A stretch of DNA of 24,000 nt from an uncultured Planctomycetia bacterium (GCA_964605645.1 CAZSDJ010000007.1:1-24000), one strand, 5' to 3'; shown: positions 8,290-17,277, counted from the stretch's first letter. Notes: a model not told the origin generated them from the sequence alone. A program made the numbers and translations.

Positions 8290-9887
8290 TGAAATTACAA
8301 AGATTGTTTTTAATTTTAATTTTAATATTTACATTTAGTTTAACTATCTTTTCTTCATCTGTTTTTAGCCGAGATGATTATTATCAAGCATTAATGTTTG
8401 AAGAAGGGGCAGGAGAAGGCTTAGATATTGTGGTTGGCGATATTCAAGTTATTAAGGTAGAGGGAATAAAAAGGGTATCAATTCGTGATCCGAATATTGC
8501 TAATATTCAAAAAGCAGAAGCAGGTGAAATTATAATTGCCGGAAAATCGCAAGGATCAACGGTGCTTTCGGTATGGACGCAAAGCGGTAAACAACAATTT
8601 CAAATCAATGTAATTTCTGAAGATTTACCGGCATTGAAGAAAAAACTTGAAGAAATCATTCACCAAAAGTTAGGGATAACAGAGGTAACTTTGCGCGAAA
8701 ATAAATCGACTGGAAAAATTATGCTGTTGGGCAATATCACCCAAAACCAACGAAATAAAATTGAGCAAGTCATTGCTCCTTTTGCGAATAAGATTGAAGA
8801 TTTATTAATTACTAAAAAAGAACAGGAAATGGTAGAAATTGACGTTCAAATTTTAGAACTGAATAGAACTGATGCAAAAAATTTAGGCGTAGATTGGATG
8901 GATAGTATCGATATTACCGAAGCAGCTCCGGCAGCTTCAAGAAGTTGGAAATCGTTATGGCAGACAGGTACTTGGTCGCGGGGTAATTTAAATGCTACTT
9001 TAAATTTATTAATTAAAGAAGATAAAGGCAGAGTTTTATCAAGGCCAAAATTACTTTGTTTAAATGGTGAAGAAGCCGAGCTTTTGGTAGGTGGAGAAGT
9101 TCCCGTTTTAACAGAGGCGACAATCGGTGCAGGGAGCGGAACAAGTTCGGCTTCGATTGAATACAAAGAATACGGGATAAAACTTTTGATTAAACCTTTT
9201 ATTTTAGAAGAACAAATTTATCTCTCAATTACAGCCGAGGTGAGTGATGTAACTTCTGTAAACGCACTCACTGTTCAAGGCACGACTACACCTGCCTTTA
9301 CTGTAAGAAGAGCCCAAACGGTAGTTAATGTTGAATCAGGTGATACTGTATTTTTAGGAGGCCTTATCGACAGTGATGATTCAGACATTATTGAGAAATT
9401 GCCCGGATTTTCTCAAATTCCGATTTTAGGGGCACTTTTTCGTTCCAAGGATTTTACTAGTGAAAAGACTGAGCTTTTTATTACTTTGACTCCTAAAATT
9501 ATTAATTTAAGGAAAAAAGCAACAGCTTTGAAAACTGACAGTAAGTTTGAAGCTAAGCCGGAAGAGAGCCTTTTATACCAAAAATCTTCAATCCCTTTTG
9601 ATTTGCAAGGTTATGTACTGAGAGTTCAAAAAATAATATCAAATAATATAACTTATCCGCGAGAATTGTCAGGGACCGGTTGGAAAGGCAGGGTTGTTTT
9701 GTATTTAGAAGTTAATCAATATGGCGAGCTTTTAGATGTAAAGATAAAGAAGTCTTCCGGTTATAAAATATTTGACAAAGATGCTCTAGATTTGGTGAAA
9801 AAACTCAACTTCCATCCTTTTCCTTCTGAATTTGAAGAAGAAGAAATTAATATCGAAATTCCGATAGTTTATCGGGAATATAGGTAA
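8289..9887 (+). CDS. cpaC: Tad secretin CpaC/RcpA with a C-terminal TonB_C-like domain
   Basis: Pilus-secretin N domain ('IQVIKVEGIKRVSIRDPNIANIQKAEAGEIIIAGKSQGSTVLSVW'), secretin core ('FLGGLIDSDDSDIIEKLPGFSQIPILGALFRSKDFTSEKTELFITLTPKI'), and C-terminal 'ITYPRELSGTGWKGRVVLYLEVNQYGELLDVKIKKSSGYKIFDKDALDLVKKLNFHPFP'. Confidence 0.9.
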   Translation: MKLQRLFLILILIFTFSLTIFSSSVFSRDDYYQALMFEEGAGEGLDIVVGDIQVIKVEGIKRVSIRDPNIANIQKAEAGEIIIAGKSQGSTVLSVWTQSGKQQFQINVISEDLPALKKKLEEIIHQKLGITEVTLRENKSTGKIMLLGNITQNQRNKIEQVIAPFANKIEDLLITKKEQEMVEIDVQILELNRTDAKNLGVDWMDSIDITEAAPAASRSWKSLWQTGTWSRGNLNATLNLLIKEDKGRVLSRPKLLCLNGEEAELLVGGEVPVLTEATIGAGSGTSSASIEYKEYGIKLLIKPFILEEQIYLSITAEVSDVTSVNALTVQGTTTPAFTVRRAQTVVNVESGDTVFLGGLIDSDDSDIIEKLPGFSQIPILGALFRSKDFTSEKTELFITLTPKIINLRKKATALKTDSKFEAKPEESLLYQKSSIPFDLQGYVLRVQKIISNNITYPRELSGTGWKGRVVLYLEVNQYGELLDVKIKKSSGYKIFDKDALDLVKKLNFHPFPSEFEEEEINIEIPIVYREYR

Positions 9888-9966
9888 TTATATAATTAAT
9901 CTTGACGGCAGAAGTTAAAAACCTTTCCTTAAGGGAACTAATCTTAAAACAAAATAATTGTTAAAA

Positions 9967-12135
9967 ATGGATAATTCTAAATTAATTACTTTAATTAGTC
10001 CAAAAGGCGGGGTAGGCAAGACTATTATTTCCCTTAATTTGGCAACCGCTCTTTCTTTAAAGAAGAAAAAAACAATATTGCTTGATCTAGATTTACGGGC
10101 ACCGCAGGGAACTCATAAATTAATGAATATAAAGTGCAAATATTCACTTTATAATTTAGCCGGTTCAATTCAAAAATTTAAAAGTGAAGAGCGCCATCTG
10201 GAAAGTTATATCTCCCGCCATAGCAGCGGTTTATTTTTTGTGCCGGGGATTTTAAGAACAAAAGAAAAGTTTTCTTTAACTCCAGAGGTGATTCGAGATT
10301 TTCTTTCCCTTCTTTCCACAAAATTCGAATATGTAATAATTGATGGTGGTAGTGAGTTAACAGATCAACTAATAACCACTCTGGATAGTTCTAATTTAAT
10401 TGGACTAGTTTTATCACCGGACATTGTCTCAATCTATCAGAATGAGTGGATTATCGATACTTTACAGAGCTTAGGTTATCCGTTGAGCATGGTTAAGACT
10501 ATTCTAAATAGAGCCCAAAGCAAAGGTGGGGTTAGTGTGCAGGAGATAAAAGTATTATTAAATAGTGAAATAATTTCACAAATACCTTCGGAAGGGAAAG
10601 TGGTAGGCTATGCGGTGAACAAGGGCAATCCGGTTGTAATGGATAGTCCCAAAGCTAAAATTAGTGAGGCATTTAACGAATTAGCAGATAAGTTAATCAC
10701 TAAACCAAGTATTTTCATAGCCAGGAAAAATTTACAGGATATCAGGATAAAAACAGTTAAAGAAAAAGAAACTCAAGCAAGTATTTTAGAAAAAAGTTTA
10801 GGTGAAAAAAAAGCACCTCAGAAATTAGCGGAAGAAGAAGATGCTGTAATTCAGCTGAAAAAAAGAACTCAAAGTAGACTTCTTGATGAAATGGACCTAA
10901 AACGACTTCCCCTGGAAAAAATCTTATCGGATAAGCATCAGATGAAATCTTTACGAGATAAAGCAAAAAAGATAGTGACAAATATTATCGCACAAGAAGC
11001 TGGCGGGTTTATTTCATCAGCCGAGGTAAGAGCAAAAATAATCAAAGAAGTCCTAGATGAAGCCTTAGGCCTGGGGCCTTTAGAAGATTTGTTGAATGAC
11101 CCCGAAGTAACAGAAGTTATGGTCAATAATAAAGACCAGGTTTTTATTGAAGAAAAAGGAAAATTAAAACTTACTACCAAGAAATTTATATCTAACAATC
11201 AAGTAAGGATTATAATTGAAAGGGTCCTTGCTCCCCTGGGAAGAAGAATAGATGAATCAGTGCCCTATGTGGATGCTCGGCTGCAAGACGGTTCCCGGGT
11301 GAATGCGATAATTCCGCCGCTGTCGTTAAGTGGGCCAACTATAACTATTCGTAAATTTGCCCACGAAAGGTTTAATATGGAAGATTTAATCAACAGGTTT
11401 GGCAGTTTAACGTCAGATATGGGTAAATTTTTAAAAGCTTCAGTTGAATCGAGGAAAAATATACTGGTGTCCGGTGGAACCGGTTCAGGTAAAACTACCT
11501 TTTTAAATATTTTATCTTCATATTTACCGGGAGATGAGCGAATTGTGACTATCGAAGATTCCGCTGAACTAAAGTTGCACCAAAGGCATTGGATTCGACT
11601 TGAATCACGGCCGCCTAACATCGAAGGCAAAGGGGCGATAACAATTCGCGAATTATTTCGTAATACTTTAAGAATGAGGCCGGATCGGATTGTAGTGGGT
11701 GAATGCCGCGGCCAAGAGGTATTAGATATGCTCCAGGCGATGAATACCGGCCACGACGGCAGCATGACCACCATTCATGCTAACTCACCCCAAGATGTAT
11801 TAATTCGCCTCGATAGTATGATTTTAATGAGCGGTGTGGATTTGCCGTTGCGGGCAATAAGGGAAATGATCGCATCGGCTCTCGATTTAGTAGTACAAAC
11901 TGCGCGGCTTTCCGATGGATCGCGTAAAGTTACTAAGATTACTGAAATTGCCGGAATGACTGATGAAACTCATATCAATTTACAAGATATATTTACTTTT
12001 CGCCAAACCGGCATTGGCAAGAATCAAGAAGTTGTTGGTGATTTCGTGCCATTGGGCAATATTCCTACTTATTATGATGAAATGAAAGCAAGAGGTATAG
12101 AATTACCGCGGGATATGTTTATCCCCGAGGAATAA
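9967..12135 (+). CDS. CpaE/TadZ-like MinD ATPase fused to CpaF/TadA secretion ATPase
   Basis: N-terminal deviant Walker A 'SPKGGVGKT' and 'YVIIDGG'; C-terminal CpaF with 'VSGGTGSGKTTFLNILSS', 'GECRGQEVLDMLQAMNTGHDGSMTTIHANSP'. The track starts at TTG 9958; ATG 9967 is the alternative start. Confidence 0.9.
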   Translation: MDNSKLITLISPKGGVGKTIISLNLATALSLKKKKTILLDLDLRAPQGTHKLMNIKCKYSLYNLAGSIQKFKSEERHLESYISRHSSGLFFVPGILRTKEKFSLTPEVIRDFLSLLSTKFEYVIIDGGSELTDQLITTLDSSNLIGLVLSPDIVSIYQNEWIIDTLQSLGYPLSMVKTILNRAQSKGGVSVQEIKVLLNSEIISQIPSEGKVVGYAVNKGNPVVMDSPKAKISEAFNELADKLITKPSIFIARKNLQDIRIKTVKEKETQASILEKSLGEKKAPQKLAEEEDAVIQLKKRTQSRLLDEMDLKRLPLEKILSDKHQMKSLRDKAKKIVTNIIAQEAGGFISSAEVRAKIIKEVLDEALGLGPLEDLLNDPEVTEVMVNNKDQVFIEEKGKLKLTTKKFISNNQVRIIIERVLAPLGRRIDESVPYVDARLQDGSRVNAIIPPLSLSGPTITIRKFAHERFNMEDLINRFGSLTSDMGKFLKASVESRKNILVSGGTGSGKTTFLNILSSYLPGDERIVTIEDSAELKLHQRHWIRLESRPPNIEGKGAITIRELFRNTLRMRPDRIVVGECRGQEVLDMLQAMNTGHDGSMTTIHANSPQDVLIRLDSMILMSGVDLPLRAIREMIASALDLVVQTARLSDGSRKVTKITEIAGMTDETHINLQDIFTFRQTGIGKNQEVVGDFVPLGNIPTYYDEMKARGIELPRDMFIPEE

Positions 12136-12137
12136 TT

Positions 12138-13202
12138 ATGGCAGAAGGCGTAGAAAAATTAAATAAGTTATTGGCTGATCCAAAAACTACAGAAATCATG
12201 ATTAACGGCCCTCAGGCTGTTTTTTTAGAAAAAGACGGTAAAACTTACAAGGAAGATTCTGTAAGTTTTAGCGAAAAAGAGATAGAAGATATTATAAAAG
12301 ATTTTTTTATAAAAAATGGAAAGATGGTGTCCCACAATCATCCTTATGCGGATGTTTGCCTCGAGGATGGATCACGCCTGAATATAATTTTAGCCCCGAT
12401 GTCACGCTGCGGCAGTTCAATTACAATCAGAAAGTTTTCTCAAGAACTAAAAAGTCTAGATGATTTATTGCAACGGGATGCAATGAGTAAAAATATGGCT
12501 GAATTTTTAAAAAGCTGTATCCAGGCAAAACTCAATATATTATTTTCCGGGGCAACCGGAACCGGTAAAACCACTACTTTAGAGATGCTTTCTTATTCAA
12601 TCCCCAAAGATGAAAGAATTGTAACTATTGAAGATACTGCAGAACTTCAGCTGCATCAGCCAAATTTAGTCCCACTGGAAACTCGTGATCCGGATGAAGA
12701 AGGTAGAGGGGGGGTAACTTTAAGAGATTTAATAAAAAATGCTCTCCGCATGCGCCCGGATCGAATAATTTTAGGTGAAGTACGCGGGGAGGAAGCTTTA
12801 GATATGGTACAAGCGATGGCAACCGGCCATACCGGGACTTTAGCGGTAGTTCACGGCAGCAGTCCTAAAGATATATTAGGCCGAATTGAGGCGATGGTTT
12901 TATCTTCCGGGATAAAACTGCCTTTAGAGGAAATTAGAAAAATGTTGGCGGCAACTTTAGATATTGTTGTGCAGCACCATCGCTTTGTCGATGGTTCCCG
13001 CCGGATTACTCATATTACAGAAGTAAGGGATATTCAGCAAGGAGAAATCGTTTTACAGGATTTATTTGTTTTTCGACGCGAAGGCAAAACTTCGGAAGGA
13101 AAAATTAAAGGAAGTTTCAAAACGGTGATGAAGAGATATCCTAAATTTTTCACCGATATGCGCCGTATGAACTTAATCGACGATAAAATCTTTTCCGATT
13201 AA
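12138..13202 (+). CDS. cpaF: Second CpaF/TadA-type secretion ATPase (short form)
   Basis: 'LFSGATGTGKTTTLEMLSYSIPKDERIVTIEDTAELQLHQ', 'LRMRPDRIILGEVRGEEALDMVQAMATGHTGTLAVVHGSSP'. Confidence 0.9.
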   Translation: MAEGVEKLNKLLADPKTTEIMINGPQAVFLEKDGKTYKEDSVSFSEKEIEDIIKDFFIKNGKMVSHNHPYADVCLEDGSRLNIILAPMSRCGSSITIRKFSQELKSLDDLLQRDAMSKNMAEFLKSCIQAKLNILFSGATGTGKTTTLEMLSYSIPKDERIVTIEDTAELQLHQPNLVPLETRDPDEEGRGGVTLRDLIKNALRMRPDRIILGEVRGEEALDMVQAMATGHTGTLAVVHGSSPKDILGRIEAMVLSSGIKLPLEEIRKMLAATLDIVVQHHRFVDGSRRITHITEVRDIQQGEIVLQDLFVFRREGKTSEGKIKGSFKTVMKRYPKFFTDMRRMNLIDDKIFSD

Positions 13203-13210
13203 TCCACTCC

Positions 13211-13230
13211 AGAGGGGACGTTTCCCTCTT
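13211..13230 (+). terminator. Hairpin AGAGGG-gacgttt-CCCTCT directly after the cpaF stop, possibly a weak terminator
   Basis: 6-bp perfect stem followed by a short T-rich stretch (ttcat). Confidence 0.35.
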
Positions 13231-13366
13231 TCATAACTAATTGATTAACAACAAGTTGCAAAGGTATATTTTCCGCGTTTTTATTAGCTATGCATATTTT
13301 TTCCTGGAAATGTTGCCTTCATAACCAATTGTATAGCAAGGGGTTACAAACGAGGGAAACGTCCCC
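13214..13366. repeat. 153-bp segment bounded by a 15-bp perfect inverted repeat (GGGGACGTTTCCCTC ... GAGGGAAACGTCCCC)
   Basis: Arms read directly at 13214-13228 and 13352-13366; no ORF between. Confidence 0.75.
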
Positions 13367-13402
13367 TTTTTATACCTTTTTTATATAAATTACAAAATTC
13401 CC

Positions 13403-13427
13403 TTGAAAAATCTTTTTTTGATATGTT
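13403..13427 (+). promoter_or_regulatory. Candidate promoter for the structured transcript at ~13438
   Basis: TTGAAA followed ~18 nt later by TATCTT (4/6 match to TATAAT). Confidence 0.35.
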
Positions 13428-13437
13428 ATCTTTAAAT

Positions 13438-13510
13438 CAAAGAGGGTTCTAGGGGCACGGCATGCCGTGACCCTACTTAGCCAAGGGGGCAAACGCCCCC
13501 TATTTTTTTA
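13438..13510 (+). ncRNA. Candidate small structured RNA or cis-regulatory leader, identity unknown
   Basis: AGGGT...CACGGCATGCCGTG (perfect 14-nt palindrome)...ACCCT nested stems, then a GGGGGC-AAAC-GCCCCC hairpin and TATTTTTTTA; candidate promoter immediately upstream. Confidence 0.5.
13485..13510 (+). terminator. Intrinsic terminator-like hairpin
   Basis: GGGGGC (13485-13490), loop AAAC, GCCCCC (13495-13500), then TATTTTTTT. Confidence 0.75.
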
Positions 13511-13514
13511 TCTG

Positions 13515-13541
13515 ATTCCCACCTTTTGGGTGGGAATTTTT
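13515..13541 (+). terminator. Second terminator-like hairpin
   Basis: ATTCCCACC / GGTGGGAAT 9-bp stem, 5-nt loop, followed by TTTT. Confidence 0.65.
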
Positions 13542-13562
13542 ATGATATAATAAAGGTCAATT

Positions 13563-15509
13563 ATGTTAGAAAAAGTTAATAAGATAATTGATTTTTTACG
13601 CTGGCCGGCATTTTTTCTTCTTTTTTCCTACCTGATTCTTTTTGCTTCTCTTAACTTACATGGTTTAGATTATTTGTTTCACATTAAAAGTGGTGAACAT
13701 ATCTTAGAAAGTGGCCATGTTCTCAGAGAAGATCCTTTTTCATTTACTCAAGCAGGCAAGAAATGGGATGATCATGAATGGCTTTATCAGGTTTTAATTT
13801 ATAAAATTTATCAGCAATTTGGGATTGAAGGGTTAGTTTTATTTAAAACAATAGTCTTAATTACAGCTTTTTTTCTTCTAGCTCTTATTGCTTTAAAGAT
13901 TGATTGGATTTTTGCTTTTTTTCTGATTTTTTTTAGCTTAAAAGTATCCTTTTTGCGTTTTACGCTGCGGCCGGACCATTTTAGTTTTCTCTTTTTTATT
14001 GTTTTTCTGATACCCTTTATCTTTAAAAAAAAGAAATTACTTTATTTACTTCCTTTTGTTCAGCTGATTTGGGTAAATACGCACGGTTTTTTCTTTCTCG
14101 GGCCGGCGGTATTAATTATTTATCTGCTCAGCGCTAAAATAAGTAAGCAACAATTTTCTGATGATTTTTACAAAAGAGTAAAAATTATAACCTTTTTTAC
14201 CTTTTTTGCCTGTTTGCTAAATCCTTATCCAATTGGTACTATCACCTATCCTTTAAAAATTATAAAAGATATATTAACCGGCCAACAAGGTGTTTTTTAT
14301 CAGAGCATACAAGAATTGCGAAAACCGCTAGCAGCTTTTAGTTGGAGTTCTTTATACATAAAATATCTGATAGCTACCAGTTTTTTTGTTTTTATTTTTA
14401 AAAAATTCAATCTTTTTTATGCTGTTCTTTGGCTGGTTATGGTGATTTTTGCCCTAAATTCTACCCGTAATTTCTACTTTTATATCCCGGCAGCAGTAGT
14501 ATTGGCCGTAAATCGATTTCCTTATTTGGAAAAATCTTTTTTAAAAAAAAGTATTACTCCTAAAAGGTTTATTTTTTTAAAAATTGTTTTATTAGTTTTT
14601 ATTGTAAAGATTTGTTTAGCAATTTCAGGTGAAATTATTGATTTACCGAAGACCAAACAGTCATACCTTGATTTTTCTGTAAAGAATTCACTCGCTACTA
14701 GCCAAAAGTCTCTTGGCCGGGAAAAAATTCAATATCCGGAAAAATTAATTGATTTTATAAAAAATAATAAATTGCCTGGGAGGATGTATAACAATTTTAA
14801 TCTTGGCTCAAGCTTAATATTTAATCTCTATCCGGAGAGAAAAGTATTTATTGACGGCAGGGCAGAATTTTACGGCCAAGATTTTTTTAATTTTTATAAT
14901 GAAATTTCATCCGGGGATGAGGAAAAAATAAAGGAAGCCGTCAGCAGATATAAGCTAGAAGGATTTGTGATTAGTTATGTTAGAAACGATCCTCCTGATT
15001 TAATTTTTAGCCTTTACCAGCAAGGCTATAAGTGTATTTATTTCGGGATGGATGGAATAATTTTTATAAAGAATTCAGCCTTAAAAAATTATACCAATTT
15101 AGAGAAAAAAATAGTTGATTTTGATAATTATAAACCAGAAAAAATTAATTTTATTAAAAATATAAAACTCTATACCCCCTACGCCGAAGGTTTGTACAAG
15201 AAAGGTTATATATTGTATAGATTAGGCTTTTATAATCAGAGTAGAATATATATGGACAATTTATTAAATATTTATCCGGGCCATTACAAGGCATTATATA
15301 TTCTGGCGAAAATAAATTATAAGAATAAAAAATATGAACAAGCTTATATTTTTGCGCGTCAGGCGCTTAGTTTTAAATCGGATTTTAAAAAAGCTAAGAA
15401 ATTTATTGCAAAAATTTATCTAGATTTAGGAAAAGAAGAAGAGGCCCAGGAAATTTTAGATAAATTAAATTTAAGTTTAGAAAAATTTAAAAATGAAAAG
15501 GTAAGGTAA
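13563..15509 (+). CDS. Polytopic membrane protein with C-terminal TPR-like repeats (GT-C-like, possible glycosyltransferase)
   Basis: 'HIKSGEHILESGHVLREDPFSFTQAGKKWDDHEWLYQVLIYKIYQQFGIEG', many TM helices, and C-terminal 'AEGLYKKGYILYRLGFYNQSRIYMDNLLNIYPGHYKALYILAKINYKNKKYEQAYIFARQAL'. Confidence 0.6.
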   Translation: MLEKVNKIIDFLRWPAFFLLFSYLILFASLNLHGLDYLFHIKSGEHILESGHVLREDPFSFTQAGKKWDDHEWLYQVLIYKIYQQFGIEGLVLFKTIVLITAFFLLALIALKIDWIFAFFLIFFSLKVSFLRFTLRPDHFSFLFFIVFLIPFIFKKKKLLYLLPFVQLIWVNTHGFFFLGPAVLIIYLLSAKISKQQFSDDFYKRVKIITFFTFFACLLNPYPIGTITYPLKIIKDILTGQQGVFYQSIQELRKPLAAFSWSSLYIKYLIATSFFVFIFKKFNLFYAVLWLVMVIFALNSTRNFYFYIPAAVVLAVNRFPYLEKSFLKKSITPKRFIFLKIVLLVFIVKICLAISGEIIDLPKTKQSYLDFSVKNSLATSQKSLGREKIQYPEKLIDFIKNNKLPGRMYNNFNLGSSLIFNLYPERKVFIDGRAEFYGQDFFNFYNEISSGDEEKIKEAVSRYKLEGFVISYVRNDPPDLIFSLYQQGYKCIYFGMDGIIFIKNSALKNYTNLEKKIVDFDNYKPEKINFIKNIKLYTPYAEGLYKKGYILYRLGFYNQSRIYMDNLLNIYPGHYKALYILAKINYKNKKYEQAYIFARQALSFKSDFKKAKKFIAKIYLDLGKEEEAQEILDKLNLSLEKFKNEKVR

Positions 15510-15510
15510 A

Positions 15511-16440
15511 TTATTTTTTATCAAGAGTGATATTCTTTGCTATATTTTTGATTTCTGCATAAATCTTTGCTTGATCGTTTCCCAAAGTCCAACCGATAAA
15601 TTTTAAGTCAAAATCATTAATTCTAAGGTAAAGTATAAGGTAATCTTGTCTATTGCCCTTTGTGATATCTGTGTATTGAATTTGGAAACCAGTATTTTTA
15701 TTTATAAAAAAAGAAGATTTTTTTACTTTTATATTTCTTTTAAGATTTAAATCATTAGATAAAGTATTTTTAAGAGTTTTTAAACTAAAACTTTTTTTAA
15801 ATAAATTTAATTCTTCGGGGATGATTAAGCAAAATGAATTACCATTTTTTCTGATTAAAGCAATTTCAGCTTCTGTTTTTAAGAATTTTTCCTTTATTTG
15901 AGAAAAATCATCCCTTCTTACTATTTTCCAGTTAGCGGGGGTATTGAGTTTATAATTGAAGGCTGGGCTTATAAATTCTTTTTGTCCGTATTTTTTAAGC
16001 TTTATTAAAAGCTGTTGTTTGTAGCTGATATAATAGGCGGTCAGATAGCCGTTAGTTAAAAGCATAATTACCGTTAAAATAGCTAAAATAGCGGCTCTTT
16101 TTAGCTTATCTAGAGCCAGGAGCCCTAAGCAAAGTAAAGTGACGATTCTAGCCCAAATTAAGCCATATTGGGCATCAACTAGGTAAAATACCAGGAGTGT
16201 GCTAATTAACCCCAAGAATAATCTGAAGAAAAAGGTTCTTTTTATTTTTGGCTTGTTTTGGAAGAATGCATAAGCTAAGTAGAAGTCAAAAAAAGCAAAG
16301 GCAAGTTTTAAATAGCCAAGCAGGTTTATGGGTAAATACATAACCTGCCAAAAGAAAAGAAAGAATTCAGCTAAACCTGTAACGAGAAGGACAAGCGCTA
16401 ATGTTTCGTAGTTTGATTTTAATTTAGATTTTTGGGCCAT
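15511..16440 (-). CDS. Hypothetical multi-pass membrane protein with a C-terminal soluble domain
   Basis: Long ORF with repeated hydrophobic segments in the N-terminal half; no family recognised. Confidence 0.6.
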   Translation of the reverse strand: MAQKSKLKSNYETLALVLLVTGLAEFFLFFWQVMYLPINLLGYLKLAFAFFDFYLAYAFFQNKPKIKRTFFFRLFLGLISTLLVFYLVDAQYGLIWARIVTLLCLGLLALDKLKRAAILAILTVIMLLTNGYLTAYYISYKQQLLIKLKKYGQKEFISPAFNYKLNTPANWKIVRRDDFSQIKEKFLKTEAEIALIRKNGNSFCLIIPEELNLFKKSFSLKTLKNTLSNDLNLKRNIKVKKSSFFINKNTGFQIQYTDITKGNRQDYLILYLRINDFDLKFIGWTLGNDQAKIYAEIKNIAKNITLDKK

Positions 16441-16482
16441 ATTTATTTTTAGTTACCAGTTGCCAGGCCACCAGTTTCCAGT

Positions 16483-17277
16483 TTAGTATTTTTCTAATAA
16501 TGAGGGAATAATAATTTTTGCGTCTTTTACTAAGTTTGCTTCGGATTCATCAAAAAGAAAAGGCTGCAATGAGTCAGCCTGTTTTTTTAGTTCTTTTTTG
16601 GAAAAGCCTTCAATTCTTTTTGTTATTGTTTGAAAAGGCTTTGTCTTGATGCCTAAAGTTTTTAACCTGTTTTTATCAATCGGATATTTATTTGAAAGCA
16701 TAAAAATTATATCATAAATATGCCTGCCTTTATTTTTTTTTCTGAGGGCATCGATTTTGTCAGCAAATAAAATGCTCTTTCTAGTGCAGAGGCAAGGATA
16801 AAACTGGCCAAAACCGGCAGCTACTTCTGTTTCTGTATTTATTCTTTGTTTTAACAAAACAGATTCTATTTTAATAATGATTCCTTCTTTTTTGGAATAT
16901 TTTGATTTTGCTTTATATGTTTGTTCTATTTGAGGGAAAATTAAATTTGCTACGTAAAGATTGCCCCAATGAGAAAACTCTAATTTAGGTTTTAGGCCAA
17001 TTCTTTTTAATTCATTTTTTACTTTTTCGAGAAGCTTTTCAAATTTAAGTTTGGTTATTTTGTTACTGTTAAAATCTAAATCTTCAGAAAATCTTTTTAA
17101 GTTATGAATCAATCTAAGATAAGTTCCTCCGGTAAAATAAAGTTTTTTCCCTTCCGGAATCTTATAAATTTCCTTTAGAATAAGGATTTGTAAATATTCT
17201 CGTAAAATTCCCCGGATTTTTGTAGGCGGCATCTCCCTTGATTTAGCCTGTTCTAACAAAGTTTCATAAGTCAGCAT
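16483..17277 (-). CDS. abiEii: AbiEii-type nucleotidyltransferase toxin (type IV TA)
   Basis: 'KLYFTGGTYLRLIHNLKRFSEDLDFNSN' nucleotidyltransferase signature of the AbiEii family. Confidence 0.85.
   Translation of the reverse strand: MLTYETLLEQAKSREMPPTKIRGILREYLQILILKEIYKIPEGKKLYFTGGTYLRLIHNLKRFSEDLDFNSNKITKLKFEKLLEKVKNELKRIGLKPKLEFSHWGNLYVANLIFPQIEQTYKAKSKYSKKEGIIIKIESVLLKQRINTETEVAAGFGQFYPCLCTRKSILFADKIDALRKKNKGRHIYDIIFMLSNKYPIDKNRLKTLGIKTKPFQTITKRIEGFSKKELKKQADSLQPFLFDESEANLVKDAKIIIPSLLEKY

Noticed and set aside
8056-9166. ORFs 8056..8244, 8093..8338 and 8846..9166
   Set aside because: Fully or mostly nested in cpaB/cpaC reading frames with low-plausibility sequences.
10757-11774. Minus-strand ORFs at 10757, 10938 and 11265
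   Set aside because: Antisense to the CpaE-CpaF fusion ORF, with no recognisable domains or RBS; shadow ORFs.
13441-13484. Possible preQ1-I riboswitch
   Set aside because: Only the AGAGGnTTCTAG-like start resembles the consensus; the CTAAGG-type 3' pairing and A-rich tail are missing, so I report it only as an unclassified structured RNA.
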